A stretch of DNA of 64,000 nt from Candidatus Multivoradales bacterium (GTDB taxonomy: Bacteria; Acidobacteriota; Thermoanaerobaculia; Multivoradales; JAHEKO01): assembly GCA_965223855.1 (NCBI GenBank), contig CBDCXM010000009.1:512001-576000 (forward strand), given 5' to 3'. Positions 1 to 9,237 of the stretch are shown here, in pieces (position 1 is the stretch's first letter; each line of letters starts with the position of its first letter). The notes beneath the pieces were generated by a model that saw nothing but the letters and a program-made list of their open reading frames with translations, was not told where the DNA came from and did no database searches. Made by a program: the position numbers and the translations under genes.

Positions 1-1826
1 TGGAACGCCTCGAGCACCGGCAGGTCGGCCGACAGCGTCACCCCCATCAGGGCGATGCGGCCCGCATCGTCGATCGCAACCTCCTTCAACTGATCGAGGC
101 CGCTGCCGCCGAAGTACGTGGCAAAGTCGAGGCCGCCCGCCGGGTCGAGCCGGAAGACGAAGCCGTCCGAGCTGCCGGCGATCGCCGGCTGGATCGTCCC
201 CGGCGTCGTCACCAGGTCGCTCGACACCGTCGTCGCGCCGTAGGTCGCCCAGCCGAGATCGTCGACAGCGACATCGCCGTCCTCGACCGTGCCGTTCTCG
301 TCGAAACTGCCGCCGAAGTAGGTCGAGTAGATGAGCGAGGCGGCGTCGGGGACGCTCGGGTCGATCGCGGTGGCGAAGGCGTCGGCGCCGCCGCCTCGGG
401 TCGGCTGGACGGCATTGGCCACGGGAAAGTCGAACGACTGAGTGCGACCGGTCAGGTAGGCCCTCCCGCCGCCGTCGACGGCGAGACCGACCGCCGCATC
501 GCTGCCGGCGCCGCCGAGGAAGGTGCCGTAGACGAGCGACGTCGCGGCGATCGGGTTGAGCTTGACGAAGAACGCGTCGGCGCCGCCGCCCGCGGTCGGC
601 TGAAAGCCGTCGAGAAGCGGGAAGCCGAGCGCCGTGGCGGTGCCGGCGACGTAGAGGTCGCCGATCGAGTCGACATCGATCGCTCCCGGGGTCGAACCGT
701 TGAAGCCGGTCAGGAAGGTCGCGTAGAGCAGATTCGCGCCGGCGGCGTCGAAGGTCGCGACATAGCTGTGGGTGAAGGTCCCGACCGAGCTCTGCACCGC
801 GTTGGCGGTGGTGAAGAGGTCCGAAAGCGGCCCCGCCTGTGCGAGTACCGAAGCGCGCCCGAACGGATCGACAGCCACGCCGACGCCGAGCACGTCGCTG
901 CTGGCGCCGAGATAGGTCGAGTAGACGAGCGCGTCACCGCCGGGCGTGAGCTTCGACAGGAACAGGTTGATGCGGACGGCGTCGCCCACCTTGGTCCCCT
1001 GGTAAACGCCCGGCGTCGTCGGGAAGTCGAACGAGCGCGTCCAGCCGACGACGTAGATGTTGCCGTCGGCGTCGACGGCGACGTCGTTGGCGATCTCCTC
1101 GACGGTGCCTCCGAGGAAGGTCGAGAACTCGAGCGGCGGATCGATGACGAGCGGCAGGGTCGGGTCCCATTCACCGAGCTCGAAGCCGACGGTGCCGTCG
1201 GCGATCACGAATGCCGCGTCGACCCTGCGGCGCTTCCCGGATCCGTCGAGCTGGAACGCCACCGGCGGCGCTTGCGACAGCCGCCCCGCGACGGTCTCCG
1301 CCACGAGCCGGCCGGCCGCATCGACCTCGAGCGAGTCGACTCCGCGAACCCTGAGCCGGATCCGCGCCGGGTCGGCACCGGGAGCGAGCTCGAAGTCGTA
1401 GTGCACGGCGCCGTCGGCGCTGCGATAAACGAGGTCGATCCCGGGGTAGACCTCGGGGTAGCGCACCCGCCCGAGGTGGCCGGCGCCGCGAACCCAGCTT
1501 CGGGGGTCGGCGCCGTGGAGGTAGTGGCTGCTGCCGGCGAGACGCCCCTCCCCCTGCGGCTCGACCGGATCGATCCCCTCGGGCTCGAGGACGACCACCG
1601 GAACGACATCGCCCTTCCCCGCCGGCTCGAGCGCGAGATGCAGCCGCCCCGCCGACAGGAAGCCCATGTAGCCGGCGGCGCGGACGACGTAATCCACCCG
1701 CTCGTCGAACTGCCCCAGGTTCTCCTCGAACACCGGCGTCTTCAACAGAGCGGTCGGCGCCGCAGTCGCCACGGCCGCGGACACCACAACCATGGCCAGA
1801 AAGAGTCTCAGTCGGCTCGCTCGCAT
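1..1826 (-). CDS. Secreted SBBP beta-propeller repeat protein (3' end outside window)
   Basis: Not in the ORF track because it runs off the edge. Manual translation from ATG 1826: MRASRLRLFLAMVVSAAVATAAPTALLKTPVFEENLGQFD (signal peptide plus FEENxGQ motif), followed by repeated STFLGG/STYLG...DADGNIYVVGWTRSFDFP units typical of SBBP repeats; GGGAGG RBS upstream. Confidence 0.85.
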   Translation of the reverse strand, partial: MRASRLRLFLAMVVVSAAVATAAPTALLKTPVFEENLGQFDERVDYVVRAAGYMGFLSAGRLHLALEPAGKGDVVPVVVLEPEGIDPVEPQGEGRLAGSSHYLHGADPRSWVRGAGHLGRVRYPEVYPGIDLVYRSADGAVHYDFELAPGADPARIRLRVRGVDSLEVDAAGRLVAETVAGRLSQAPPVAFQLDGSGKRRRVDAAFVIADGTVGFELGEWDPTLPLVIDPPLEFSTFLGGTVEEIANDVAVDADGNIYVVGWTRSFDFPTTPGVYQGTKVGDAVRINLFLSKLTPGGDALVYSTYLGASSDVLGVGVAVDPFGRASVLAQAGPLSDLFTTANAVQSSVGTFTHSYVATFDAAGANLLYATFLTGFNGSTPGAIDVDSIGDLYVAGTATALGFPLLDGFQPTAGGGADAFFVKLNPIAATSLVYGTFLGGAGSDAAVGLAVDGGGRAYLTGRTQSFDFPVANAVQPTRGGGADAFATAIDPSVPDAASLIYSTYFGGSFDENGTVEDGDVAVDDLGWATYGATTVSSDLVTTPGTIQPAIAGSSDGFVFRLDPAGGLDFATYFGGSGLDQLKEVAIDDAGRIALMGVTLSADLPVLEAF

Positions 1827-1995
1827 CGCATCGTCCTCCCGTTCGATCTCCGACGGGTCTTCCTCGAGCCGGCCGGGCGGCCGCTGCGAGGCCCGTCTGA
1901 TCTACAGGAGGAGATACACGCGCGATTTGCTCACGAGGCCCCCCCGCCTCCGGCGGCCGCGAGCCGCCGGAGGCGTTGGTTCCCGGGTCTACCGG

Positions 1996-2916
1996 TCAGG
2001 CTGAGGGGGTGGCGCGCGCCTGCAGGCCGACTTCGGCATCGAACTGCGCCAGGAAGGCCACCGTGAACGCGCGGTAGGCCGCCAGCACCGGCAGCATGAA
2101 CACCGTGCCGACGAACGGAATCGCCAGAAGCAGAAAGCCGACGCAGCAGGTCATCACCCCGGTGAAGAAGACCAGGCAGGCGACCACCATCGTCAGCAGA
2201 AGCACCATCAGCGCGCACGCCAGGAACCACCAGGGGTTGGCGCCGAAGAGCGCGAAGAAGCGTCGCCACCCGGCGAGCACGCCGAGCCGATGGCGATGCA
2301 TCAGCGGCACGACGAAGGCGTCGAGAAAGAAGACGGTCAGAAGGAGCACCAGGACAAGGAGGGAGCCCAGCGCCGCCGTCGAGATCCCGGCGACGACGCG
2401 CAACAGTCCGGAGTCGTGAAGCCAACCGCCGTCGCCGAAGGCCAGCCAGGCGATCCCGCCGACGAGCGCCAGACCGACCGGCAGGCAGACCAGCATGGCG
2501 ATCAGCCGGAAGACGAAGAGGGAGTTGCCCTCCCGTGCGTATTCGCGCCACGGAGCGAGGATCTCGCCGCGGTCGTGCACGACGTTGTCGACGAACACGA
2601 ACTTGCCGCGCGAGGACAGCCACAGCACCAGCACGATCAGCGCCAGGCCGAAGAGCAGCCCGCCGGCGATCATGCCGAGCACCCACTCGCGGCCGTCCAC
2701 CCAGCGCCAGAAGTCGCTCCAGTGGTGGTGACTCCATCCGGAGTCGTCGAGGCCGAAGTTGAGACCTCCACCGCCTCCCCCGCCGAGCCCTGCAAGCCAG
2801 GCCGAGAACGCCACCACGATCCACTTGCCGAGATCGAACGGGCGGAACAGCATCTCCACCATCCGGTCCCAACCCCGGGTCAGAGGCCCGGTCACAGAGA
2901 TTGCGCGTGCTTCCAT
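1996..2916 (-). CDS. Multi-pass membrane protein, unknown function
   Basis: 306-aa ORF with several hydrophobic segments; AGGAG RBS upstream. Confidence 0.75.
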   Translation of the reverse strand: MEARAISVTGPLTRGWDRMVEMLFRPFDLGKWIVVAFSAWLAGLGGGGGGGLNFGLDDSGWSHHHWSDFWRWVDGREWVLGMIAGGLLFGLALIVLVLWLSSRGKFVFVDNVVHDRGEILAPWREYAREGNSLFVFRLIAMLVCLPVGLALVGGIAWLAFGDGGWLHDSGLLRVVAGISTAALGSLLVLVLLLTVFFLDAFVVPLMHRHRLGVLAGWRRFFALFGANPWWFLACALMVLLLTMVVACLVFFTGVMTCCVGFLLLAIPFVGTVFMLPVLAAYRAFTVAFLAQFDAEVGLQARATPSA

Positions 2917-3053
2917 CGGTCTCCTCCTGTCGAGGCCTACGGCGGAACCGGCGGAAAGATTCGCCCCAGGGTCCCCAGCTACAGGACGGACGGCTCCCCT
3001 GCGCAGTGCGATACTGCCCGCCGCCGCGCCGTGCTGCCGGCTCCCACGGATCG

Positions 3054-3734
3054 ATGAACTACTTTGCCCACGGCCTCGGCTCGATCGGCCGCCCCTGGCG
3101 ACTCGCCGGCACCGCCACCCCCGACTGGCTGGGCGCCGCCGACCGCTCGATGCGGCTCCGGCGCAAGAAGGTCCGGCCGTTCGCCACCGGTGACGACAGC
3201 CCGCGCGCCCAACTCGCCGAGGGGATCCTCCAGCACCTCGCCGACGACTCCCGCTTCCACGGCAGCGCCCTTTTTCACACTCTCACCCGCGAGATCGCCG
3301 CGAGCCTCCGCAAGGCCGCCAGCTACCCCGCCGGGCCGCAGCCGGGTGTCGGGCGGCGCTTCCGACCCGGCTTCACCGCCCACATTCTCGTCGAGCTGCT
3401 GCTCGACAGCGCTCTGATCGAAGACGATCCGGCCCGCCTCGACCGCTACTACGCCGACCTGGCGTCGATCGACCCCGCAGAGGTCGCGGACAGCGTGGAG
3501 GCGATCACCGGTCGCAGACCCCACGGCGTCGAGGCTTACGTCGAGCGCTTCCTCTCGCTCGAGTTCCTGCGCAACTACGGCGATGACGACGCGCTGATAC
3601 GGAGCCTCGACCACGTGCTGGGCCGGGTCGGCCTCGCGCCCCTGCCCGCAGCGACTCTGGGGACGATCGTCGAAGTCAGGGCTTTCGTCCGCCGGCGACG
3701 CGACGAGCTGCTGGCGAGCTCGGTACCGGGGTGA
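3054..3734 (+). CDS. ACP phosphodiesterase (AcpH)-like protein
   Basis: MNYFAH start, GxxxPD, H-x-x-x-D-x-x-F-H and HILVELLLD motifs; start reassigned to ATG 3054. Confidence 0.65.
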   Translation: MNYFAHGLGSIGRPWRLAGTATPDWLGAADRSMRLRRKKVRPFATGDDSPRAQLAEGILQHLADDSRFHGSALFHTLTREIAASLRKAASYPAGPQPGVGRRFRPGFTAHILVELLLDSALIEDDPARLDRYYADLASIDPAEVADSVEAITGRRPHGVEAYVERFLSLEFLRNYGDDDALIRSLDHVLGRVGLAPLPAATLGTIVEVRAFVRRRRDELLASSVPG

Positions 3735-3737
3735 GCG

Positions 3738-4031
3738 CTACTCGAGCGTCACCCGCAACCCGCCGATCCACCCGGCCACGAGGTTGTAGAACCAGGCCGA
3801 GAAGGCGCCACCGAGGAAGCCGATCACGCCGTAGAAGATCGGCAGGATCAGCGCCGAACAGCCGCCGAAGAGGAAGGACGGGAAGGCGGTGTCGGCCTCG
3901 AGCTGCGAGGCGAGGCCCCCTCCCACCATCATCAGGAGACTGAACATCAGGCCGAGGATCAGTCCCATTCCTGCGTACATGAGGCCGACGACTTTGGCGG
4001 CGGACAGCGGTTCGACTCGCTTGAGCTCCAT
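3738..4031 (-). CDS. Small membrane protein (DUF3566-like)
   Basis: MELKRVEPLSAAKV...YNLVAGWIGGLRV pattern, two TM helices. Confidence 0.7.
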   Translation of the reverse strand: MELKRVEPLSAAKVVGLMYAGMGLILGLMFSLLMMVGGGLASQLEADTAFPSFLFGGCSALILPIFYGVIGFLGGAFSAWFYNLVAGWIGGLRVTLE

Positions 4032-4187
4032 GGCACGTCCTTTCCCGGACCGACCGCCTGAGACGGCCGCTCCGCAGAGCGCTGCATCAAGTTCGGGTTG
4101 CCTCCCGATTGTCGCACGGTCGGGAGTTCTCGCTCCGGGCGGCAGCCGGCGCGTGAGCGAGGAGTGGCCGAACGGCTCAGGCCGACT

Positions 4188-6824
4188 TCAGGGGGCGAGC
4201 CACTTGCTGAACTTGACCAGCAGCACGTCTTCGGCCGGCGCCCGGAAGAGCTCCGAGAGGCCGTTGTCGAATCTGCGGTCCTGGAGCAGCAGGCTGTCGG
4301 AGCGCGTCTGGTTCCACACCACGAAGACCGCCGACCCGGGGGAGAACTCCCAGCGCAGCACGAGATTCGAGTTGAAGTCGCGGAAGTCGAAGTCGGGCTG
4401 ATCGAACGAGTAGTCGGTCGCGCCGTCAAGGTCCTCGTCGATCGAGTAGACGTCGTCTTCGAAACCGATCTCGCCGCCGCCGAAGGTCGCGAACCGGTCG
4501 GTGAAGGCGGCGGCGCGCGGATCGGTGATGCGCTTGAAGCGATCGTAGCGGCCGGTCGAGAGGAACGGCTGACCGTAGAACTGGATCGTCAGATTCGGCG
4601 TGATCGAGTAGTCGATCCGCGCCGTCAGAGCGTGGGTCTCCTGATCGAGCCGGCCGAAGAGGTAGCGATCGACCCCGTCGAAATCGAAGGTGCCGACGTA
4701 CTGCAGCTCCGGCCGGCGGGTGGTCACCGAGCCGCTCAGCGAGAGCCGGGTGGCATCGGTCGGCCGGTAGGTCACGCTCGCCCAGACCTCTTCGCTGTCG
4801 CCGCTGCCGTCGTCACCGTCCGAGCGCCAGCCGCCGAAGCCGCCGCTGACCTTGCGGCGGCTGTCGGTGTTGACCCAGAAGTTCGACTCCCAGCGGCCCG
4901 GCCACTTCGAGGTAGGGCCGCCCCGCAGAGCGGTGTTCGAGTTCTCGTCGTTCTGACGGGTCACCCCGAAACCGGCGGAGTACTTGTTCTTGAATTGGGC
5001 GTTGGAGTTGAAGTTGTAGGCCGAGCTCAGGAAGTTGCCGGCGTAGTCCCAATTGACCCACTGATTGCCGTTGACGCCGATGCGCTCGAAGACGCCGAAC
5101 GGCTCGTTCTTGCGCCAGCCGACCCAGGTGAACTGGTTGATCTCGTCGGCGTTGCGCATGAAGCCGAGATCGTTGATCTCGAATCCCGGCGAGCGCCACG
5201 CTACGCCGGTCTGAAAGCGCAGGTCGAAGTTGTTCGTGCGTTGGAAGCGGACCGAACCGCCGTGACCCGAGAGCGAGGTGCGGGTGGGGTCGAGCGTCGC
5301 GGAGTCGTTGTCGGGCCGCTGGTAGTAGCGCGCCGACGATTCCTGGGCGGCGAGGATCGACTCCGCGCTCCCCTGGATCTCGCTCGAGAAGAGCGACGCC
5401 TCCAGCCGGTAGTCGCGGTCTTTGAAGTAGGCGCTGAAGTCGAGCCCCCCTGTGTAGGCCGCGTCGCGGAGGCCCGAAAGATGCGGGTCGAGATCGCGAT
5501 TGACCGCCGTCACCATGCCACCGAGCAGCACGTCGCCGCCGCGGAAGTCCTGCTGCAGGCGACCGACGAAGTAGTTGGTCGGCGGCTCCACCACCACCTT
5601 GCTGCGTTCGCCGTCGAGCGAGATCCGGGCCTCCTCCTTCGGCGTGAAGCTCTCGAGGATGCCGATCGAGAGCCCGGAAGCGGTCTTGCCCGAGAGCTTG
5701 AAGGCACCGAGGATGGTCGTGTTCTGCGGCACGTCGACGAACGCACCGTCGGGGGCGTCGGGAGTGTGGGCCGGGCGCCTGCCGATGCGCCTCGAGTAGA
5801 AGATCTGGTCGCGGGTGAACGAGCCGCCGGTGATCGCCGGGGCCAGCCGCAGGTCGAAGATGTTCTGGCCCTCGATGAAGAACGGCCGCCGCTCCGAGAA
5901 GAAGGTCTCGAAGGCGGTCAGGTTGACTTGCGACGGGTCGGCCTCGACCTGCCCGAAGTCGGGGTTGACCGTGAAGTCGAGGGTCAGGTTGTTGGTCAGC
6001 CCGATCTTGCCGTCGATGCCGCCGTCGATCTCGCCGTCCTCGCCGTCACGGAAAGGATTGCCGGGCTCGGCTTCGAACCGCTCGGTCGAGCTCACCGCGT
6101 AGGGGAGCAGCTCGATCCGCCGCTTGGGCTGGAGGTTGCGCAGCCCGCGCAGCTCGCCGAACTGGCTGACCCACCCCTGCGAGTCGTTGGGGATGTGCTG
6201 CCAGGTCGAGCGCTCCTCGAGCCGGAAGAGCCGCCGCTGCACCTGCAGCCCCCACACCTGCTCCGCGGCGTCGCTGAAGCGCAGCTGGCTCAGCGGGATC
6301 CGGACCTCGGCCGTCCAGCCGTCGCCGTTGACTTCGGAGGCGCCGCTCCACACCGGGTCCCAGTTGCTGTCCCAGTTGTTGCCGTCGTTCGAGATGAACT
6401 CGTCGCCGCGCGTGCCGGAGAGGCTGAAGGTGAACGAGAACGCCGTGCGGCGATCCTGGAGGCTGTCGATGTTGACCTCGATCCAGTCGCCCGGAAACGA
6501 GTCGCGGCGCGCCAACTGCTTCGTCACCAGGTTCGGGTCATCGTGGCTGTAGAAGGCGAAGTAGAGCGCCTCGTCGTCGTAGAGCACCTTGAAGCGCGAC
6601 TCGACGCTCGGCGCCTCGCCGTTGGCCGGCTGGTGCTGGATGAAGTCTCCCGACCACTCGACCGAGTCCCACACCGCCTCGTCCAGCCGGCCGTCGACGA
6701 CCGGCGCCTCGGAGACAATCCGGGCGGTCTCGTAGGAGCGCTTCTCCGGTTGGGACTCGGCTCCCGTGGGCAGGAAGGCGAGGGCGACGACGACAGGGAC
6801 GACTCTGTGCATGGCTCTCATCAC
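4188..6824 (-). CDS. CBM9-like plus DUF5916 outer-membrane protein
   Basis: Signal peptide, PVVDGRLDEAVW, TVNPDFGQVEAD, ERRPFFIEG, FYSRRIG motifs. Exact start uncertain (6824/6821/6812). Confidence 0.8.
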   Translation of the reverse strand: MMRAMHRVVPVVVALAFLPTGAESQPEKRSYETARIVSEAPVVDGRLDEAVWDSVEWSGDFIQHQPANGEAPSVESRFKVLYDDEALYFAFYSHDDPNLVTKQLARRDSFPGDWIEVNIDSLQDRRTAFSFTFSLSGTRGDEFISNDGNNWDSNWDPVWSGASEVNGDGWTAEVRIPLSQLRFSDAAEQVWGLQVQRRLFRLEERSTWQHIPNDSQGWVSQFGELRGLRNLQPKRRIELLPYAVSSTERFEAEPGNPFRDGEDGEIDGGIDGKIGLTNNLTLDFTVNPDFGQVEADPSQVNLTAFETFFSERRPFFIEGQNIFDLRLAPAITGGSFTRDQIFYSRRIGRRPAHTPDAPDGAFVDVPQNTTILGAFKLSGKTASGLSIGILESFTPKEEARISLDGERSKVVVEPPTNYFVGRLQQDFRGGDVLLGGMVTAVNRDLDPHLSGLRDAAYTGGLDFSAYFKDRDYRLEASLFSSEIQGSAESILAAQESSARYYQRPDNDSATLDPTRTSLSGHGGSVRFQRTNNFDLRFQTGVAWRSPGFEINDLGFMRNADEINQFTWVGWRKNEPFGVFERIGVNGNQWVNWDYAGNFLSSAYNFNSNAQFKNKYSAGFGVTRQNDENSNTALRGGPTSKWPGRWESNFWVNTDSRRKVSGGFGGWRSDGDDGSGDSEEVWASVTYRPTDATRLSLSGSVTTRRPELQYVGTFDFDGVDRYLFGRLDQETHALTARIDYSITPNLTIQFYGQPFLSTGRYDRFKRITDPRAAAFTDRFATFGGGEIGFEDDVYSIDEDLDGATDYSFDQPDFDFRDFNSNLVLRWEFSPGSAVFVVWNQTRSDSLLLQDRRFDNGLSELFRAPAEDVLLVKFSKWLAP

Positions 6825-6925
6825 TCCTCAAGACAGCACGCGAGCCGACTTGTCTCACCTCCGCGGAGCCGGAGGTTCCTTTTCGGGGGGCGACGAGGTG
6901 CTCGCGCTGGTGCGACACCGTCTTG

Positions 6926-6954
6926 TCAGACCGTCCGGGAGGGCGAACGGTTCC
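6926..6954 (-). promoter_or_regulatory. Putative ECF-sigma (sigmaE/AlgU-like) promoter for the DUF5916 gene
   Basis: Minus strand GGAACC-N17-GTCTGA about 100 bp upstream of the start codon. Confidence 0.45.
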
Positions 6955-7007
6955 CGCAGTTCTCGCGGGAGCCGGCCGGGGCAGCGACCCACCGGCGGGA
7001 GGCGATC

Positions 7008-7535
7008 TCAGCCGTCGTCGGAGGGCAGGCTCTCCGGCACGCCGTCGGCGACGGCGCTCGAGTCGCACTCGCACGGCAGCCGCCGCCAGTGAAACGACCG
7101 GCTCTGCCGCGACGCACCCTCGCCGCCGCTGATCTCCGACGTCAGCGTGTCACCCTCCAGGCGATACGAGATCCGCTGCGGGAAGTCGTGCTCCGGATTC
7201 TCGAAGGCGACGAAGCCGTCGCCGGCTTCGACCTGCGTGAACTCGGTCGTCCCCTTTCCCAGGGGCGACGCGACGTAGACCACGGCATCGTCGCGCTGCT
7301 CGATCCGCAGGTACTCGAAGAAAGGCCGCTCTCCCGGCGCCGCCGGGGCCCGGTTGAGGCCCAGCATCAGACCGCCGGAAGGTGCCATCCACGACTCGAC
7401 GACCGTGTCCTCCTCGCCCCACGAGCCGCACAACCACCCGAGGTGAGAGAGCGATCCGGCGCTTGTCGGTATCGGGACGAGGAACACCAGCAGGAGTGCC
7501 AGCGCGGTTGCAGGTCGTGGAGCCGCAGATCTCAT
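7008..7535 (-). CDS. DUF6265-like secreted protein
   Basis: Signal peptide; LxWLxGxW, ESW, FENPEHDFPQRISY motifs. Confidence 0.8.
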   Translation of the reverse strand: MRSAAPRPATALALLLVFLVPIPTSAGSLSHLGWLCGSWGEEDTVVESWMAPSGGLMLGLNRAPAAPGERPFFEYLRIEQRDDAVVYVASPLGKGTTEFTQVEAGDGFVAFENPEHDFPQRISYRLEGDTLTSEISGGEGASRQSRSFHWRRLPCECDSSAVADGVPESLPSDDG

Positions 7536-7636
7536 GTCACACCTCCCTCAGGGAACGCCGGCGGCGATGAGCTCCCGCCCGGCGCCCGGAGCTTTGTATC
7601 CTGTCACCGAAACTCCCCGCCGACTCCGCGAGGGTG

Positions 7637-9079
7637 TCAGGGAGTCGCGAACTCGACGGGCGGCAGGACGATCGGCTCCACCGAGGTCGTGCCGGTCGAG
7701 AGGAACTCGGCAATCCGGCGCCCGATCTCCTCGCTGACCATGAAGAGGTCGTGACCGGCGTTCTCGATCACGAGGTGAAGGGCGCCCTCGAAGCCGGCGG
7801 CCAGCTCGCGGTGCGACTCGACGTACGTGCGGCCGTCGAGCGAGCCGCTGAGAAAGAGTGCCGGTACCGCAGAGTGCAGCGGCGCGCGGAAGCTGTCCGG
7901 CAGCACCTCGACTCCCAGCGCCGAGGCGAGATCGGGGCCGGGGAAGTTCATCACGTCCGAGAGCACCGCGCTCTCCCGCTCGCGCTCGATGCGCGCCTGG
8001 CGCTCGGCGGAGGTTCCGGAGGCGGCGTCCATCGCCTCCGGCATCCCGCGCATGCTGGTGAGGTTCTTGAAGTCGACGAGATAGGGAGCGAGCATCGAAG
8101 CGTCGCGCCGGCTGAGCGCAAGGTAGGCGAGCGGCAGGGTGCGCAGGCTCGAAGGATTCTTGACCAGATAGCCGGTCAGGAGCTGAATCTCCGCCTTGCC
8201 GATGCCGATCTCGAGCTCTTCCCCCGTCCTCGGGTTGCGGGTCACGACCTGCAGCGGGTTCGCCTCGAGGTCGGCGAGCACGCTACGCATCAGGCCGATC
8301 AGGTCGGGCACCATGGCACCGAGCTTCGGGTCCTCCTTCACCAGCCGCGCCACCTCCTCGAGATAGGCCTGGGTGCGGCTCGGCAGCTTGACCGTCTCGT
8401 CGGGGCCCTCGGCGCTCGCGAGCACGACCCGACCGAAGCTGTCGGGATGGCGGCGCAGCGCCGAGAACGCCAGATGGGTGCCGTAGGAGATGCCCCACAG
8501 ATCGAGCTTGTCCACACCCAGTGCGCGGCGCAGCGCCTCGAGGTCGTCGGCGCTCTGTGCCGTGTCGTAGCCGTCGAGGTCGACTCCCTCTTCCGCCCAG
8601 AAGGCGGCGCAGTAGCGGGCCATCTCCTCCATCCCGGCGAGCGCCGTCTCGCGCGTCAGCGCCTCGCTCGGATCGAGGGTCGAGCTCTCGCGCTCGCAGC
8701 GGGGGATCGAGTTCGAGAGCCCGGTGCCTCGCTGATCGAAAGCGATGACATCGGCGACCTCCCGCAGCGCCATGAAAAGCGGGAAGCGCGGCCCCTTCGC
8801 CGTGCCGGTTCCCGAACCGCCGGGGCCTCCTGCGAGGTAGACGATCGGGTTGCCGGGGGTCGCCGTGGTGGCGGGGAAGCGGACGAAGCCGATTTCGATC
8901 TCGCGGCTGTCGGGGTTGTCGCGATTCTCGGCAACGCGGAAGGTCCCTCGCTCGGCGGCGACGGTCTGCTCGCCGGGGCCGACGAATTCGTAGGGCTCGA
9001 CGGCGAGCTCCGGCGCCGAGGCGAGAGCCGGGGCGGCGATCAGGGTGGCGAAGACAGCGAGACGGGAAGCGGCTTTCAT
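7637..9079 (-). CDS. Secreted alpha/beta hydrolase (TAP-like peptidase)
   Basis: YLAGGPG, FDQRGTG, GISYG nucleophile elbow, AGH; GGAGG RBS before ATG 9079. Confidence 0.85.
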   Translation of the reverse strand: MKAASRLAVFATLIAAPALASAPELAVEPYEFVGPGEQTVAAERGTFRVAENRDNPDSREIEIGFVRFPATTATPGNPIVYLAGGPGGSGTGTAKGPRFPLFMALREVADVIAFDQRGTGLSNSIPRCERESSTLDPSEALTRETALAGMEEMARYCAAFWAEEGVDLDGYDTAQSADDLEALRRALGVDKLDLWGISYGTHLAFSALRRHPDSFGRVVLASAEGPDETVKLPSRTQAYLEEVARLVKEDPKLGAMVPDLIGLMRSVLADLEANPLQVVTRNPRTGEELEIGIGKAEIQLLTGYLVKNPSSLRTLPLAYLALSRRDASMLAPYLVDFKNLTSMRGMPEAMDAASGTSAERQARIERERESAVLSDVMNFPGPDLASALGVEVLPDSFRAPLHSAVPALFLSGSLDGRTYVESHRELAAGFEGALHLVIENAGHDLFMVSEEIGRRIAEFLSTGTTSVEPIVLPPVEFATP

Positions 9080-9161
9080 CGTTCTTTCCTCCAAGGAAGT
9101 GTTCGGGAAACGAGAGGCATCCTGCTCGCTTCCTACGCCCCGCCGGGAGGAAGGTGTCCAC

Positions 9162-9192
9162 CCGTTCGGTGGACGGTACGAACCGCTCGGTG
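9162..9192. promoter_or_regulatory. Putative LytTR binding direct repeats
   Basis: CCGTTCGGTG (9162-9171) and CCGCTCGGTG (9183-9192), 21-bp period, between the hydrolase and the divergent LytS/LytTR pair; resembles AlgR-type boxes. Confidence 0.55.
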
Positions 9193-9237
9193 AAGGGCAC
9201 GAACGACCGCCGACCGGCGAGCTAGACTGATGCCGTC

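Noticed and set aside
4098-7754. 1218-aa plus-strand ORF
   Set aside because: Antisense shadow of the DUF5916 and DUF6265 genes, common at high GC.
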